A DNA stretch of 62,223 nucleotides, filler included, from Choristocarpus tenellus KU-1152 (GCA_964200185.2; 9 parts of 9 records of this genome joined end to end with filler, not necessarily neighbours in it), one strand, 5' to 3'. Shown: positions 12,400 through 26,552, counted from the first letter of the whole stretch. The notes: generated by a model not told the origin, from the sequence alone. A program made the numbers and translations.

Positions 12400-15300
12400 T
12401 TTTTCACAACATGCACGCACAGGGCTACGTGTACTTCTTGGAAGAAGATCGTGATCGTGCCCTCATTAGAACCACAGCTATCCACTCAGGTTACACAGAA
12501 AGAACAATCATGGGAGGTCACCGTGGTGTAACACCCACTCTCTTCTCACATGAGGTGTGCATGGTGGGGTAGGCATCCTCCCTGTCACACAACTCGACTC
12601 CAGGAAACATGATGGGGACTGCAAATATGGTCGAGAGCAGGAGCCTGGACTCTTGTGTAGCAGCTGCCTGTGCCTTCCTTCGCCTGGAGGGGATAAAGCC
12701 CGCTGTCCAGAGTGAACGCAGAGCAGGAGCAGATACGAGTACATGTGATTCTCGGAAAGTATGCGGTAGCGCTTGTGCAAGGTCAAACATGAGTATCCCG
12801 GCCGCCGTATCACTCAACCATCACATGTCATCGATGGCGTAAGAAGCTCTAGTCTTTGAGGCAACACTTTCCTCTCTCCTCACATCTTGCTTGTTGGGAA
12901 GAAACGCGTGAAATGTTGGGGCTGCTGGAGAATTTGGCTTCCCAGCTCCCCCGCCCTCTCCTCCTTGCGTCCTGCCGACTACTATTTCGTGAAGATTCAG
13001 AAGTGAACCAGTGGTCGGTGTCGGGGGAGGGGCAGAAGCAAGGGCATCTTCCAGAGGATGGGTTGGGAGGGGGGATGGGCTGTCTTCTGCTGAGGGCACA
13101 AAGCAGAATTTTTCGCACGATGCCACCTCTTTCGCCTCCAGGTCCTTTGTCATCATGCCCTGAAGGCGAGCCTTGCCAATGGTTGCTTTAGCATGGTCCT
13201 GGGTATGGGGGAAGAAAAAAATCCAGATTGGTGAAGTGGCAGAACATCAACTACTGTGTATACGTTACCTTTGTCCAGCGGCCAAGAGCATCTCAACACA
13301 ACACTCCATTCAAGTTGTCCGAAAATGAGGGTTGGGTGAACGGAGAGGAGAGGGATCCAGGGCAAAGACAGAAGGTACAACATGATGAAATTTTCATCGA
13401 CTCACTACCCCAGCCTCACCCAGACACAACAATCAGAAACCCATACCATATCAGTATTTCAATGCAGGACAGTAATTTCACACCTGAGCAATCCAGAAGG
13501 CCTCCACAGCGGATAGTATAGTAACATGAGCAACAAAGATTCCCAACAGCAGCCCTACCACCAGCACCAGGTTGCCAACAAATACTCCCCGCCCTAAGCC
13601 CTCCTCCTCATCAGTTCTGCAGCCCCAGTCTAACGAGGCATCGTCGTCCCCTATGGACCACCAAAGGTTAAGCCAGCTGCGCAAGGATTGACAAGGTTAT
13701 TGGTGTGGGTGAAACACCCCAATTCTCTGTTGAAGGTGTTGCAAAGGATAGGTTGGCTGTCTAGGATGCTTTTAGAGATATGCAGTGAAACGTTAGTGTG
13801 AAGTGATATGAGGTGCACCCACATATATTGTAGGTGAGGGATGAACTCAAGCACTTCCCCAAAAATACACTAGGTGCTACTGTGTTGTACATATTACCCT
13901 AGATTGTGCTTGAGTATGTTCTTCTTTGTGTAAAATGTATTCCAATGACAATGTGGTGGGAATATTGTAAGGATATCACCAAAAAGGCCCCACAAGGGTA
14001 AAATTTGTCTATGCACTGTCCTTGATTTGTTGTGGGAGGCGCACCTGCTTGGCACTATGGCACAGCCAAAATTTTCATTGGAATTGTGCAATTAAAAATA
14101 TGGAATAAGGAGAAAAGTAGGTAGGCTCTTGCGTTCATAGTCTTATCTCTTTGTGTATTTGTTCATCACATGAGTTATACACAGCAACCTAAAATCACAC
14201 GCATACACACACACACACACATACCGCCACCGCCACCACCGCCGCCACTGCAAGTCACACATCACAAGCATTCAGTACTTCCTTTGCATGCACTTCATAC
14301 CCGTCCACAACTCTGGCTCACCTGAGGTTATCCACAAAGTCCCATAGCCAAGATATCTTGTCGCTCCCCTCACCATCGCCAATATCCCCACCCAGGTGGT
14401 TTGGGTCACTACTATTGTCAGCATTGAAAGAAGAGGATGAAAGGAATTCTAGCCGCCGCATCTCATCATTGAAATCGGCATTGTTTGAGGTGCCTTCAAT
14501 TCGACCAACCAGAGCAAGGGTGGCAAGAAACTGCAGCTGCATCACAAGGAGAAACGCAAGGGTTGCGCTAGGGGCGCGAGAGCTGAAATCCTTATTTGAA
14601 TGAGGGTCATTTTCTACGCCTCTTCCAAACTGAAGAGATACAGGTGTAGAGACGGGGAAAATTGTCGAAAGGAGGAGTGATATTGGATTAGACTCGTGTG
14701 AGAGTCAAAGTATCTTAGAGAGTAGAGCTGCATCCATTTGGGGATCAAAATCTAATGTTGCAATTTTGATGTGATTTTGGCTATCGTGTTTGTTAGGAAG
14801 TGTCAATATCCATCATGTTCCGGACACACCTTTTCGTAACGTATACGTTTTACCTACTCCAAAACATTTCGGAATAGGTAAAATGTTGTTAAAAAGCCCG
14901 TGGGAAGCCAAGCTCCAGACAGACAAACAGTGCAAAACTCGTACCCTTCAAGATACTTTCACCCGTGAGCAGCAGGGCAATGTTGATGTAGGAGTAAGTT
15001 GAGCTGGCAAAAGAAGATACAAACTTAAACAAAAAAACAGTAGATACTCCAGTGCATGAGATGGACTCCTGACACCCTTCCAGACACCCCAGAACTACGC
15101 AGTCCATTCAAAAGGGTGTATGGTCAATGATAGTAAGAATAGGGGGGGGGGGGCACATACACGAAGAGCAATATCTGCACCATCGCTGATGGTTCATATT
15201 TTCAAATTGAGCTGGTGGTATGATTATGCAACACCGATTCCTCCCTCTTTCGATCCTGCTGGCATTGCCCCATGACTCACCCTCCAATACTCAACCCAAC

Positions 15301-18259
15301 CCAAAGATTTGAGGTGATTTTCAGACTGAATATATACATGCACACGCAGATTTATTTTCTATTCATATGTTGGCACATGTCATCATCATCACGGAAATAT
15401 ATTAATACCCAGTGACTATCTAGTAAGAAAGGAGAGGAGAGCGAGAAAGAGCAGACTTAAGGGATGAGTCGTGGCAATAATAGATAAACTGACAAAAAGA
15501 CTAAAACAATTTTGTCTCATTCAATAGTAACATTGAGGGGCACAGAGAGGAACATTTCCTACAATACAACCAATAGCCCACTTGTCGCATTGAACCAAAT
15601 TTGTGCCTCCGTACTACAGTCTCCCTCACCCCCTCAACCAGTGAATGCATGAGTTGTGTACAATGGGTCGAGGTATTTCCCTGCCCCAACTTTCATCATC
15701 CAAGAGTACACCCTATCCCCTGACCCAGATACATATTTCTATGTCCGGGAGCATTTATTGACTCACCGAGAGCTGAGTAATAAGCTCCCCTGGTCCATGG
15801 ACACCGGCATTACCCCCCTTCTCAGACACAATGGCACCCTCACCACCTAGGTGGTGTATTCATTTCACCATTGCAAGGACAGCGCACATGAATAGGGATA
15901 AAACTTACATCTATATATAATTTACCGCAGTGTAAATTCAGAGTCATAATTGTGAATTTTGGCACACGTCACAAGTCTGTTTCTCCTTCTTGGATACCAA
16001 AACTCAGGGCAAAAGAAGGGCTAATCAAGCGCAACATGCTAAATTTCTAGTTGGATGATTCTGTGGTTGGGTTCATGGTGAAATTGCTATTTCTAGTAGT
16101 CATTGCAAAGCACAGCAGAGCCTTTTGAATCCACTGTTCAAACCGAAGAAAGAGGAGAGCAATGTTCACCATTTTTTGCACGTGCTCTCTTGACACCTAA
16201 GTTGATACACTCCTCAGATACTGTGTCTGCACTCTTAATGGACTGGTGACAGGCTGGGGGATGATGCTGAGCATTCTATTGTATGCTTTCACTCTGCAGG
16301 GATTTATTTTTATGTTCATGAAGCTGACCTGACCAATACTAGTATATACTCCAACATGTATTCATGAAATAATTCTGACTCTGACGAGGCAAAAACAAAA
16401 ATAGTAGGTTTTGCCGATGCCGCTTGCTTCATTTTTTTCCGAGTGCTTTTTGCTCTGATGGCTGTTACAAGATTCTTTTTTTGCAGCAGCAGGTGACACC
16501 TTTCATAAGATGTAAAAAGGTTTGTACTGAAGGAAATCCCAATATACTATACGGAGTAAGTAAGAAGTATTTTCCTGCAGCAATCTCCTTCATCCCCTCA
16601 AATCATATTCTGATGCCTAATTTTCTTCAAAATGTTTATTGCTGCTACTAGTGTCACCATTTCCACTACTAGCAATACCACAATAAACTATTTCTTCTAT
16701 CGCTACCGCTATCATCAGTGTTGTTTCTGTTCCTGTCTTTTTTTTATTTCTACATTGTTACGATACAATATGGAAACAATGTTGGAATCCCTTCCTAGTG
16801 ATTATTACTACTTCTCAAGAACGTACAATATAATGGAACGACCTCACAATCCCACCTCTTCTGTCACCCAGGCCTACCTTGAGTACCTCCTTCGACACTA
16901 AGCGCCTGAGTTGCTGTCACATTGGTGGTCGTGCCTGCCACACCAGATAACGCCGTCCCCAGCACACCTCCCTTAACCCCTGCTCCAATCACAGCAAAAA
17001 CTACAAGAACAGACACTGCAGCAGCTGCCACCTCCCCCCCATTTTGACCCCCAAGTTCCTGATCAAAAGAAGTCTCTGTGAATATGGAAGTCTGGCAAAG
17101 GGAAGACAGCTCCAGACTTGCCAGGAACACCTCAGGACCTCCTCCATCTATGTTGTGTAGTGAACAGATGGTCAGCAAGGCACAGAAGGCCGATGTGAGG
17201 TGGAGTCAGGCTGTTTAGGGGGAGGTGAGTTAAGGCACGGGGATGGTGCATAGAGGTGTGACATGATCCACCTGGAGATTGACATATATGGCAGGATGGT
17301 GTATGGGTCCGTTGTGACAGAAGGAGGCATACACATTCGGGGAAGCTTGTGTGCAGGTACAGAAGAAGGATCATCAGGGTTGGGGAAGGGAGAGGTATGA
17401 AAGGAGCATTAGAACATTATACCGTAAATCACAAAGTCCTTGGAAGATGAATTGGAGGTTGAACTTAGGATGTGTATTTCTAATCGACCCAGAGACCCTA
17501 GACAATCTTTCCTTGGCAATGGTTGTCTCACATGAAGCAACCTGACAAGCCGAGTCTAGCATATCAACCTTTACAACAGGAGAGTACACATCGCCCCAGA
17601 GCACTCAGGCACTTGTGAGGAGAAAAATTGAGATGGAAAATTTGCTGCAAATGCATAGGGTGCTCATTCCTGTTCAATGTGAATGTGGATTCACCAAGAG
17701 GGTGGTCTTTTGCAGAAAATAGCAGACTTTGGCTGGTGGTGGCAATCAGGAGGTTAGGAAAAAAAATCCCATCATGGAAAAAGTGAACAACAGTCAAACA
17801 GTACAACACGATGGCACTACCCATTGACACTATGAGGAGAAACCCCATGATATCATTTTTTCTGTTTTCGTGAGTCTCTTGCACGAATAGAATAACTCTT
17901 CTCTGACAAGATGGGTTGTGATATAGTTGCTGGCTTGCGTCAAAGATAGAAGTAATCGCTTCCTCTTCAGGATTCTACTGTGAACGTGACTTTAGGGCAA
18001 TCTCAGCAATTTATTGCAGTGCCTATCAACTGCACAGAGATGTATATCTGTTGATCCGTTCATTGTGTGTCGCCCTCACCATTATAGCCTGCGAGGGACC
18101 CCTCAGAGAGGCCTGCCAGTGTAATATTTGGGTGCTTAGAACTAGCACCTGCCACACCACCGGTGGCCATATCATAGGACTCTGTTCCCTCCTGGAGGTA
18201 GCAGATCTCTTGACCGGTGGAGGCATCCACTCTCAACACAAACAGGTCGAAGCCACCCT
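12400..18259 (-). pseudogene. Decayed multi-exon gene: beta-propeller (SBBP-like) ectodomain + multi-pass membrane region (brown-algal adhesin/receptor-like)
   Basis: Exon from 18259: GGFDLFVLRVDASTGQEICYLQEGTESYDMATGGVAG..ITLAGLSEGSLAG (SBBP-like). 17147-16878: hydrophobic AAAAVSVLVVFAVIGAGV. ~14630-14322: LAFLLVMQLQFLATLALV..WLWDFVDNL. 13676-13484: WLNLWW..VFVGNLVLVVGLLLGIFVAHVTILSAVEAFW. 13198 onward: cytosolic loop. In-frame TGA at 18060, 12821 and 12518. Some joins unresolved. Confidence 0.55.
14702..14964 (+). mobile_element. MITE family A (Sola-like, ~260 bp), TSD GTGA
   Basis: TIR GAGTCAAAGTATCTTAGAG...CTTCAAGATACTTTCACCC, flanked by GTGA at 14698-14701 and 14965-14968. Confidence 0.9.
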
Positions 18260-18575
18260 CTAAGGTGGGTGGAAGGTATATCAGGTGATGTTGGAGTGAG
18301 TATACATTTGGAGAGTTAATAAGTGGGTTTGTGGGTCGTGTGCTCTCAGAATTGTGGGTAGATTGTCCTAGGGCAATGCTACTTGCTGAGGAAAGTGTTG
18401 CCTGCGATGATTCCAGGTTATGCATGTGTAGTGTTTTGTTTTTTTGTTTTATCGATACTTGGGAAGGCTGTGATTTCCATCGAGGCATGTGAGGGTTGGT
18501 CTGAGCAGAGCTGGACTGTCTCACACCTAGCTAGTATAACCCCTAATCTCGAGCAAATCAAACAACTCCTTTATT

Positions 18576-18976
18576 GGCTCAAAGTACTGGAGGGGGGTGA
18601 CGGCTGTCCATTGGGGGGCAATTTTTTCATGTCACGATTTTCGGGTGATTTGGTTGCATAAGTCGGATGGATAATGTGGGTGCTCTTTTCCTGGTTTTGG
18701 ACCAAATTGACACCCTGGTATAGACCCCCCCCCNNNNNNNNNNNNNNNNNNNNNNNNNNNNNNNNNNNNNNNNNNNNTTAATTAATTAANNNNNNNNNNN
18801 NNNNNNNNNNNNNNNNNNNNNNNNNNNNNNNNNCAGGTTATCCATTTGGTCCAAAACCAGGAAAAGTGCACTTTCAATATCCATCCAACGTATGGAACCA
18901 AATCACCCAAAAATCGCGACATGAAAAAATTGGCCCCAAATTGACAGCCACCACCCCCGCTAGATACTTTGAGTCA
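18576..18976. mobile_element. MITE family B partial copies on both sides of the linker (18576-18733 and 18834-18976)
   Basis: Both align by eye to the complete copy at ~34115-34292 (CTCAAAGTA(T)CTGG..., AAAATCGCGACATG, AGATACTTTGAGTC). Confidence 0.8.
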
Positions 18977-19424
18977 GGGTCAAAAACGGACGCCGGCACG
19001 CCCCCCCCCCAGATGCTTCGACCCTGGGCTCAATGAAGTACTGCATCAGCCTGCATATGATTGTACTTGCCAGAAATACGCCACCATTGGCAACATTTCT
19101 TCCTCACAGAGAGCCCAATAAGGTCTCAAACATTTAGCAGATGCTCCAATCAAATACTGAGATGTTACTCAAGTACATGGATAAGCAAGACATGTTTCTG
19201 CAAGGTGGGGTGTGCCTTGTCTTTAGGGTATTCATTCTGTCCTTTTGTTGATCCTCTCTACTTCAACTACTTAATTACATTTCTCATCCCCCACCCCTTG
19301 CAAGCAAGTCAGACCCCCCACCACTGTATTTTGTTTTTACCCAGCTGATATTGAGTTCCCCACATCTGGCGACAGCCTAAAATAAGTTGTCACCCCAGCC
19401 TTGTCTACCAACTGCAGTCTGTTG

Positions 19425-22400
19425 CTACCAGGTTTGTTGCCCCCCAACCAACATCTCATAGGCCTCAGTCCAGCGCTTGACCATGGCCTCTACCCCAAAA
19501 TTCGCCTCAACATCTGCCCTGGCCCTCTCTCCTAGGGCCTTCCGGTGTGATTTATCTTCCAGCAATTGTGCCACAGCATTCGCTACTGCCCTTGGAGCAG
19601 GATCATCAATCACCATGCTATTGACATTGTGAGAAAGGTATTGCATTGCCCCCCCCAAGCCAAAGGATATGACTGGAACTCCCACTGCCATAGCCTCGAC
19701 ATTAGCTATGCCGAAGGTTTCGTTTGTCAGACTAGGGTTGAGGAAGACATCGAGACCCCCCATTAAGCGAGGAAGTTGATCTTTGCTAGCCCAGCCTGTA
19801 AACTGTACCAAGCTACTTTCCACAAAATTCATTTTTTTGTGGGAGGGGGTATATAGGGTTGGGGTGGTGTGTGGTAGGGTTAGGGAGTTCATAGTTTGTG
19901 TAGAAGGGTAAACAGTAAGTTACAACACCTGCTTCTGCTCGGTGAGAGGCGAGTCAAGTGCAAGAAAAGCATATCAAAACCTTCAATAAAACCGTCCTGG
20001 TACTATACGAGCAGGTATTTCAATGAAAATGGGCAATATAAATTTGATTACGAACTTTCCAGTAATTGGACCAAAAATCAAATGTAACCATCTTTCAATC
20101 TTTTGGTCTTGTCGCAATCTCAAATCCTCTACATTGTGGAAAACATGCTACGCAACACACACACACATGTGATCCCATGAGCCTCACCCTGGTCTATAGA
20201 ACTTTATGAAGGAATTGATCACCTAGTGCAAGGCTATGTGCTCTGCACAACTTTGGCAGCATTGTCAGGTGCTGGCACTCCATAAGAATCTTGGTGAATG
20301 GGGATTAATTACCTTTCAATCCCGAGTCTCTGGGTCATAGATTCAAGCGTATGTCTCAGTGGTCCATCCCCGATCATCACAAACCGAGCAAAAGGAAAGA
20401 TGGCTGCTACCTCCTTGGCAATAAGGAGAAAAAGGCCAGGTCCCTTCTCTGGTGCCATACGCCCCGCAAAACCCACCACCTTACGAAGCAGTTAGGTGCC
20501 CAGAAGAGAAGGAATAAAATGAGTTGGGATTAGTTAACCTGACTGGGGAAAGAAGTACATAGCCTTGCCACCATCAAAATGGTATCTTGGTACCTTTTTT
20601 GTTCAGAAGGAGGGCTTCCAAGCAGATTTGGCGATTGCCCTGATATAGTAAATAATGACAATAATTTCCAGAACATGATCGCAAAGCTATTTAATAGCCA
20701 GCCTGCCGTAGTCTTTATTAACCATTCCAGCAAATGGATCTGAGGAGAGAAGATGGTCCATTCGGTGGGAGCATAGCAAGGAGCCACCATATTGTAAAGG
20801 TGGTGGAGTACACAAGAAAATTACTCCTGTGTTCGACAATGGCAGTGATAGGGAGGGTGCCAATACAGTGATGGTAGTCTTGAAGAGCCGGTTTAGAAAA
20901 CTGAAGGAGCTATATTTTTTCACAGCGAATTGTTCAGACTGCAGGGTCAACGTTAGTCATGATACTTGATTTCTAAACTTATATTTCACTAATTCACAAC
21001 GAACCTGGCAGGCACGGTTGCAACCCCTTGTTCCTGGAAGAACATGTGTGCAATCAGGGTGGCAAAGTGGCAGCATCATCTGTCTCCCATTTTCGAAGAT
21101 GTGACCAGAAGGAGCATCGACCACATGAACACTGGCTGCGGTTGTAGTTTTAACTAGAGGTGGTGATATTACAACCCCTGGGGGTATTACCACCAGCCTC
21201 GCACCAGTCTCGTCTGCCAGGGCACTGGTGCCCTCATGCAGAGCAACATAGTGTGAGGGTGCAACCATCAAATCCACATCAATGCCTAACCTTGGGTTGA
21301 TGTTAGGAAACTCCATCACAATCTTTCCGTGAGGTCCCATGGCATACCGTGCTGCACGGGTGAGGACTGCATCTCCAAGGGATCTTGAGTTTCCAACCAC
21401 TAGCACGTCTGGCTTAACATGTTCAATTGCGTCCACCAAGTGTCCAAACACTCTACGAGCCCATGCTGGTTGCATGAGGGCCGGGTCTCTCCCAGGAGCC
21501 TTGCGGATACTTTCTAGAACTGCACAGTATACTGCCTCAACTCTCTCTTCCATTTGACCACCTCCACCCTCAATCCTGCATGTTTGGTGGTCAAAAGTAA
21601 AGTAAGCATCAATGTCTTCTGCTGCCACAGGTGGGATGGGAGCACGAATGAGAGGAACACCTGCACGCTGCAGGCGGTCCTCTACTACATGTGGAGTTGA
21701 AGAGGTGGGCAAGGACAACAACGGGGATATTGTTGATGGCTCCTCGTTTTCCGGCACATCACTCTCGAAGGTGAGGTAGATTGGGAAGAACCTGCTTCTG
21801 GGCAGTCTATCAGCTTGTTGGAGCCAGATGTCCTTCTGCCCATCCATCCTGGTCAGGCTCCCAATGAAACAGATTCGTATGGGACGTGCGCCTCCGTCCA
21901 GCATTTTCAAGTCTTGTGGTGCAGTTGTCTTGATATGTTCTTCGACTCCTATGACCGTCTTGCTCGCTTCACTTGTCACAGATTGTGCTTTCATCTCTCC
22001 CCATACTCTTTCACATTCCTGCTGCGGTGTATCCCCACCAGGGTTTCCTAAACTTGTTGCTTGAGGATGTTTTCCGTTCCTTGAACGGCCTTCCCTCCTC
22101 TCTAAAGTTCTCCCAAAACCTATCGTTGAGGTGATCGGGCCAAGTCCCATGGACTCTTTCGGCATATCGTCGCCTGTCCTAACTGCACCACAAATACCAT
22201 AAGCTGTAGGAGTTGGGACATAAAACCGATTTGAACGAATGTCCTCCTTGGTCAAGACCGAAGAAAATACCACCGCAGCACTCACCCTTTTCCCCTGCAA
22301 GTTGACAGTGAGCTCCACCAGGTGGGTCCCTGGTGCCCCACCCTGTAATACTATATCTGAACCTTGCTCGATGAAATGCAGAGCGTCGTAGTTCTCCGGC

Positions 22401-23199
22401 ATTCGCACCTTTAGGACGAATAAGTACGGGAATCAAAATAGTGTGAGGAAATATCCTTGCGTTGGATATCAAGAATGTGCTAAGCAGGACGATGACGCTT
22501 ACGTTGTCGAGAAGTGAAAGAGTGACCATCCTACGCTTAAGGTTGAATTGGTTACCTCCAAAGGATTCTCGGCTGAAAGATCGAAGCCATGGGTCTGGAA
22601 GATCACACGCTTCTCGCTTGTCAGGAGCATAGTGTCGTTTGAGGGCCAGACGATGGAGACTCCTGTTGAAGGCAAGGGCACCCTAGAGGATGGCCCAGTA
22701 GCCCTCCCTTTTTGGACTTGGTACACTAATGTACCGTTCTCGTTTTCCTTTAATTCCTGAAGGTCAAAAGCATATGAGAAGCACTGAAAAGGAGATACGT
22801 CCTCCCCCAGCGCCTGAGAAATGTGCAATCTGGGATCGTGTTAAATTGGGGCAAAACGTCTGAGAAGGTTAGGATATCAAATTCGCTGTGTCAGGTCGGG
22901 ATATAGCTTAAACTTACCTTGAAATGGATAATATTGTCATGATTGTCTGTTAATGCAACTGTGACCCCCTCTGCAGGGAGCTGAAAACATTCAACTTCTC
23001 CGCCAATCCCGATCGAAAGGCATAGGGGAACAGGTGTGCCGATGAGTTCCTTAGCGTCCTCGACACTGAGCCATGCTCGAACAAACACCCCTCCTTCAAG
23101 AGGTTGATGCGTAATTGTAATCTTGTCCACCTCTGTCCCAATCCCATCCTGTGACAAAAGCAAGAACGGGAGACGTAGCCATAGCAAACGCGTCCACAT
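19425..23199 (-). CDS. Glycosyltransferase family 4 (GT-B fold) protein with signal peptide, ~832 aa, 5 exons (23199-22918, 22813-22556, 22408-21005, 20479-20313, 19812-19425)
   Basis: Phase-consistent joins, 2499 nt. Motifs VVGFAGRMAPEKGP, FVMIGDGPLR, VQFTGW, DVFLNPSLTNETFGIANVEAMAVGVPVI (E-x7-E). N-lobe RICFIGS..GQKDIW, APSHY, VVIPPGV. Hydrophobic N-terminus. Confidence 0.9.
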
Positions 23200-26100
23200 C
23201 CAGGAAGGCTCACCGTGGTTCGAAGGTACAGAGATTCCCGATCAAGGGGATGTGCCACCGTCCCTAACGAATCCTTACCTTTTTTGGATTGTGGATAGCC
23301 AACAGCCCTATTTAACCATACAAACACACTACTACTGTTGTAATTTTCTTTCAAATTGTAACATATTATATATATGTGGTAAGTGTTTATATTTTATATT
23401 TGTCTTCAAACAGAAGAAGAAAATATATACGAACCATATGAAACAAATCAAAAAATAGATTCTAGGAAGTACGAACTAAATCGTTGAGTGTCATTTTTCA
23501 GGGAAGTGAGAGAATCCAGTGGGGAAATTTCCCCTTATTAAGTTGACTTATTGATGAAGCGGTATACGATTATGAACTACTATTAGTGATCGGTATACTA
23601 GTTTTTCTATATATCAGGCTTATGATACATAAATGGGATGCTTCCTTAGCTCCCCCCCCAGAGGCACAGGAATAGGTAGATGGGAAGATAAGGANNNNNN
23701 NNNNNNNNNNNNNNNNNNNNNNNNNNNNNNNNNNNNNNTTAATTAATTAANNNNNNNNNNNNNNNNNNNNNNNNNNNNNNNNNNNNNNNNNNNNCATCAT
23801 CTGAATGTGTAGATTGGAGCCTCTTTCGTTATTTTATTCCGAATGGACCCCCTTTTTAGCCCCCCCCCCCCCCCCTCCCAGATACTTTGGATCATTTCAA
23901 GACAAATCCAACCACTGTATGTGGAAAGCATAGCATATTCACGGCATAAATAGCGGCAGAAGCAGTAGCAATGCCGTTCAATAACTTGTAATGATACTTT
24001 ACGGCACAAAAACGGGGTGCTACCATACCTCTTTAGATTTTGTTAGAGTTAAGCCGTAACGTAACGCTATATTATGGCCTGGTTAACACTGCATTGTCTT
24101 CTACCGCAATGTCATAGCATTACTTCAATGTTCCAGCACAACCTATGTTACTTTAAAATGACAACATATGTAATGCGTGTTTTGGACTTGAGTGTTAAGG
24201 GCATTGCACAAATTTTCTATGTGGTTGGACTGGAGAGTTATGGGTATATCGTAGTGATGCATGTTATGTTGTCCAACGTGTTCAAATTATACATACACCC
24301 ACAAAATGTTGTGAATTAGGTCTTGGTTAGCCCTCCTTAGTTCTGGCCTGGTACAAATAATGTCCCATCCCACTCTGTTTTATAGTGGGGGAGTGTGTTG
24401 TGCATGTGCAAATACTTTAAGTAGGTGTATGACTGATTGGTTGTGCAATCAAACACTAGTTGACTTTGCCCTCATATATGGTTGTGATAAGCTGCACTAG
24501 TTCATGGGGTCAAAATATAGACAATCGTTGAGAGGCTACGCTGAGGGAACACCTGTTCACACCCCTTAGTTATTGAGTTTTTTCTTACCATTAAAAAGTG
24601 AATAAAGGAGATGGCTTTGTAGGTGTTTGGAATGGCATGATTTCTCACCGTGCCATTGCTTGCACAGTGCACAGCTGCGTCCCAAAATAGTCTAGACTTG
24701 CAAAGATGCGAGCGCTGGCATTTGGTTGTGACCTTTTTATTGATTATGTAACTAGTCACCACTCTATTTGTCTCTGTGCTGTCAAGTCCACCCAATATGG
24801 GCCTCTTTTAGTTTTCTGTATGCACTTGTGCCATACGAACAAGATAATGGATAGCAGCAGCACGTTGGGTTCGGATCAGGATTATCATTGTTTTTCATCT
24901 ATGAGCAGGTAGTCATGATGAAGTCTGGGTGGTTATTTGTAATTTAAATTCCCATTGTTTGGTCTTTGGGAAGCTGTGTCATTCATATTGTAATGCTCTT
25001 GCATTATGACCAGCATAATATATATTTGCACGATTTAGAATATCAAGAATTTAATATAGTTTCTTTACCGACGTTGCTTTTTCTAAGCTCTCTTTTGTGG
25101 CACCTACTTCTTCTCGAGAAACTTGTGAGACAGGGGGCAGATTCGATGGTACAAGCTTCATCTGACCAGGAAAATGCAGTTGTTGGATCTGCAGCACCTG
25201 CAATAGTAGGCATTATTTTTTCCGCACTTGAGTTATTCTTCTATAGTGCTGATCACGATTGAGTCCAAGAATACACAAAGTAGTGATTGTTCATCGTTGT
25301 CTTAGCTGGGGAGGATGTTTTTAGGAGCTCTTCCAACTATAGATCAATGGTCGTGAATGGAATGAGACACTTTCAATAAACTGTGTTCCATTACTGTACT
25401 AGTGCAAATGATTGTAACTGTATTCATAGTTATGGTGGTTAACAACAGACCAAGAAGCCGTATTAACTGTGGGAACATGGAGACGAGCTGCTCCTATACT
25501 AAGATAATGAATCCCTCTACTACGTCAAGCAACATTCCTGTGTTTTCCTCTCACACCACAATGGGCTACTGCTGATCCACTAGCAACAGTTGTTTACAAT
25601 TCAGAATGGCTCATTTGATGAGAAGGGGCCCATGTATTATTTGTAAGGTTGAAGGCAGGAGCCATCACAGCCCTTTCTAGCTCAATGTAGAAAGTCGTAT
25701 TAAGCGTGGAAGAAATATACATGCATCTGTTTTAGTTTCTTGTCTGCGCAGTTCTCTGATCCGTTAATCGTTTGTTACATTGTACATGTTTCTCGTCTTT
25801 ATTATTGCTATGATGTTGGGGTCCTTAGTTTGGGGCATTTTTCACTACTACTACAATAATAGGTGCAAGTAATTCATGCCCAAAGTATTACTACGACTGC
25901 TATCATTTCTTTTTGTTACTACTTCTAGGTAATGAGCCAAATCATTTGAGGGGTAGGTAGGTAGGTCGGATCCTTTTGCATTCTAAGCCATTTTTCCTAC
26001 CCTGTGCAATACATTCTATTTTATTTGTTTCATGCACACGAAAGTGCACAAAAAATGATACTTCCCCTTTCCACACACAAAATTTCCACCACAATTGACC

Positions 26101-26552
26101 AAAGACTATTTCTTCAATTGTACAAATTGTCGACTTTATTTCCTTTTCTCGAGATCCATAAAATGTAATTTGCCTACCTCTCAATTGATTTGACTCAATG
26201 GATGGATGGAACGGTTGTTGTCATCATGTAGGAAGAATCAATATAGTACTAGCAACTGCTATGTCGCAACTATATTGTTACCCTTGAACCCACCCACGTG
26301 GACAGCAAGAAGAAAAGAATCAAACGAAGAAAATGAACGAAGTAAACTAACCTAATTCAGGACACGAGAGTAATGAGTAGACCTAAGAACCGGAATCCGA
26401 CGCAAGTTTCCAGGAGGTACTCCAAGTCATGATGGTTTTAATGGAAGTGCGAGGTAGGAATGCTCCCTAAATGACCGAAAGCTTGTTTTTGGAGTGTGTC
26501 CATCGCCACGGTTGGTAGTGCATTTTCTAGCGAGTGCACCCATCCTAACTAC

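Noticed and set aside
8702-18062. Repeated in-frame TGA codons suggesting UGA recoding (Trp/Sec) or an alternative genetic code; four intact genes end in TAA/TAG
   Set aside because: Intact genes use TGG for Trp with no internal TGA. Decayed genes also contain TAA/TAG and frameshifts. CGA/TGG->TGA transitions explain the pattern, and the sample is tiny.
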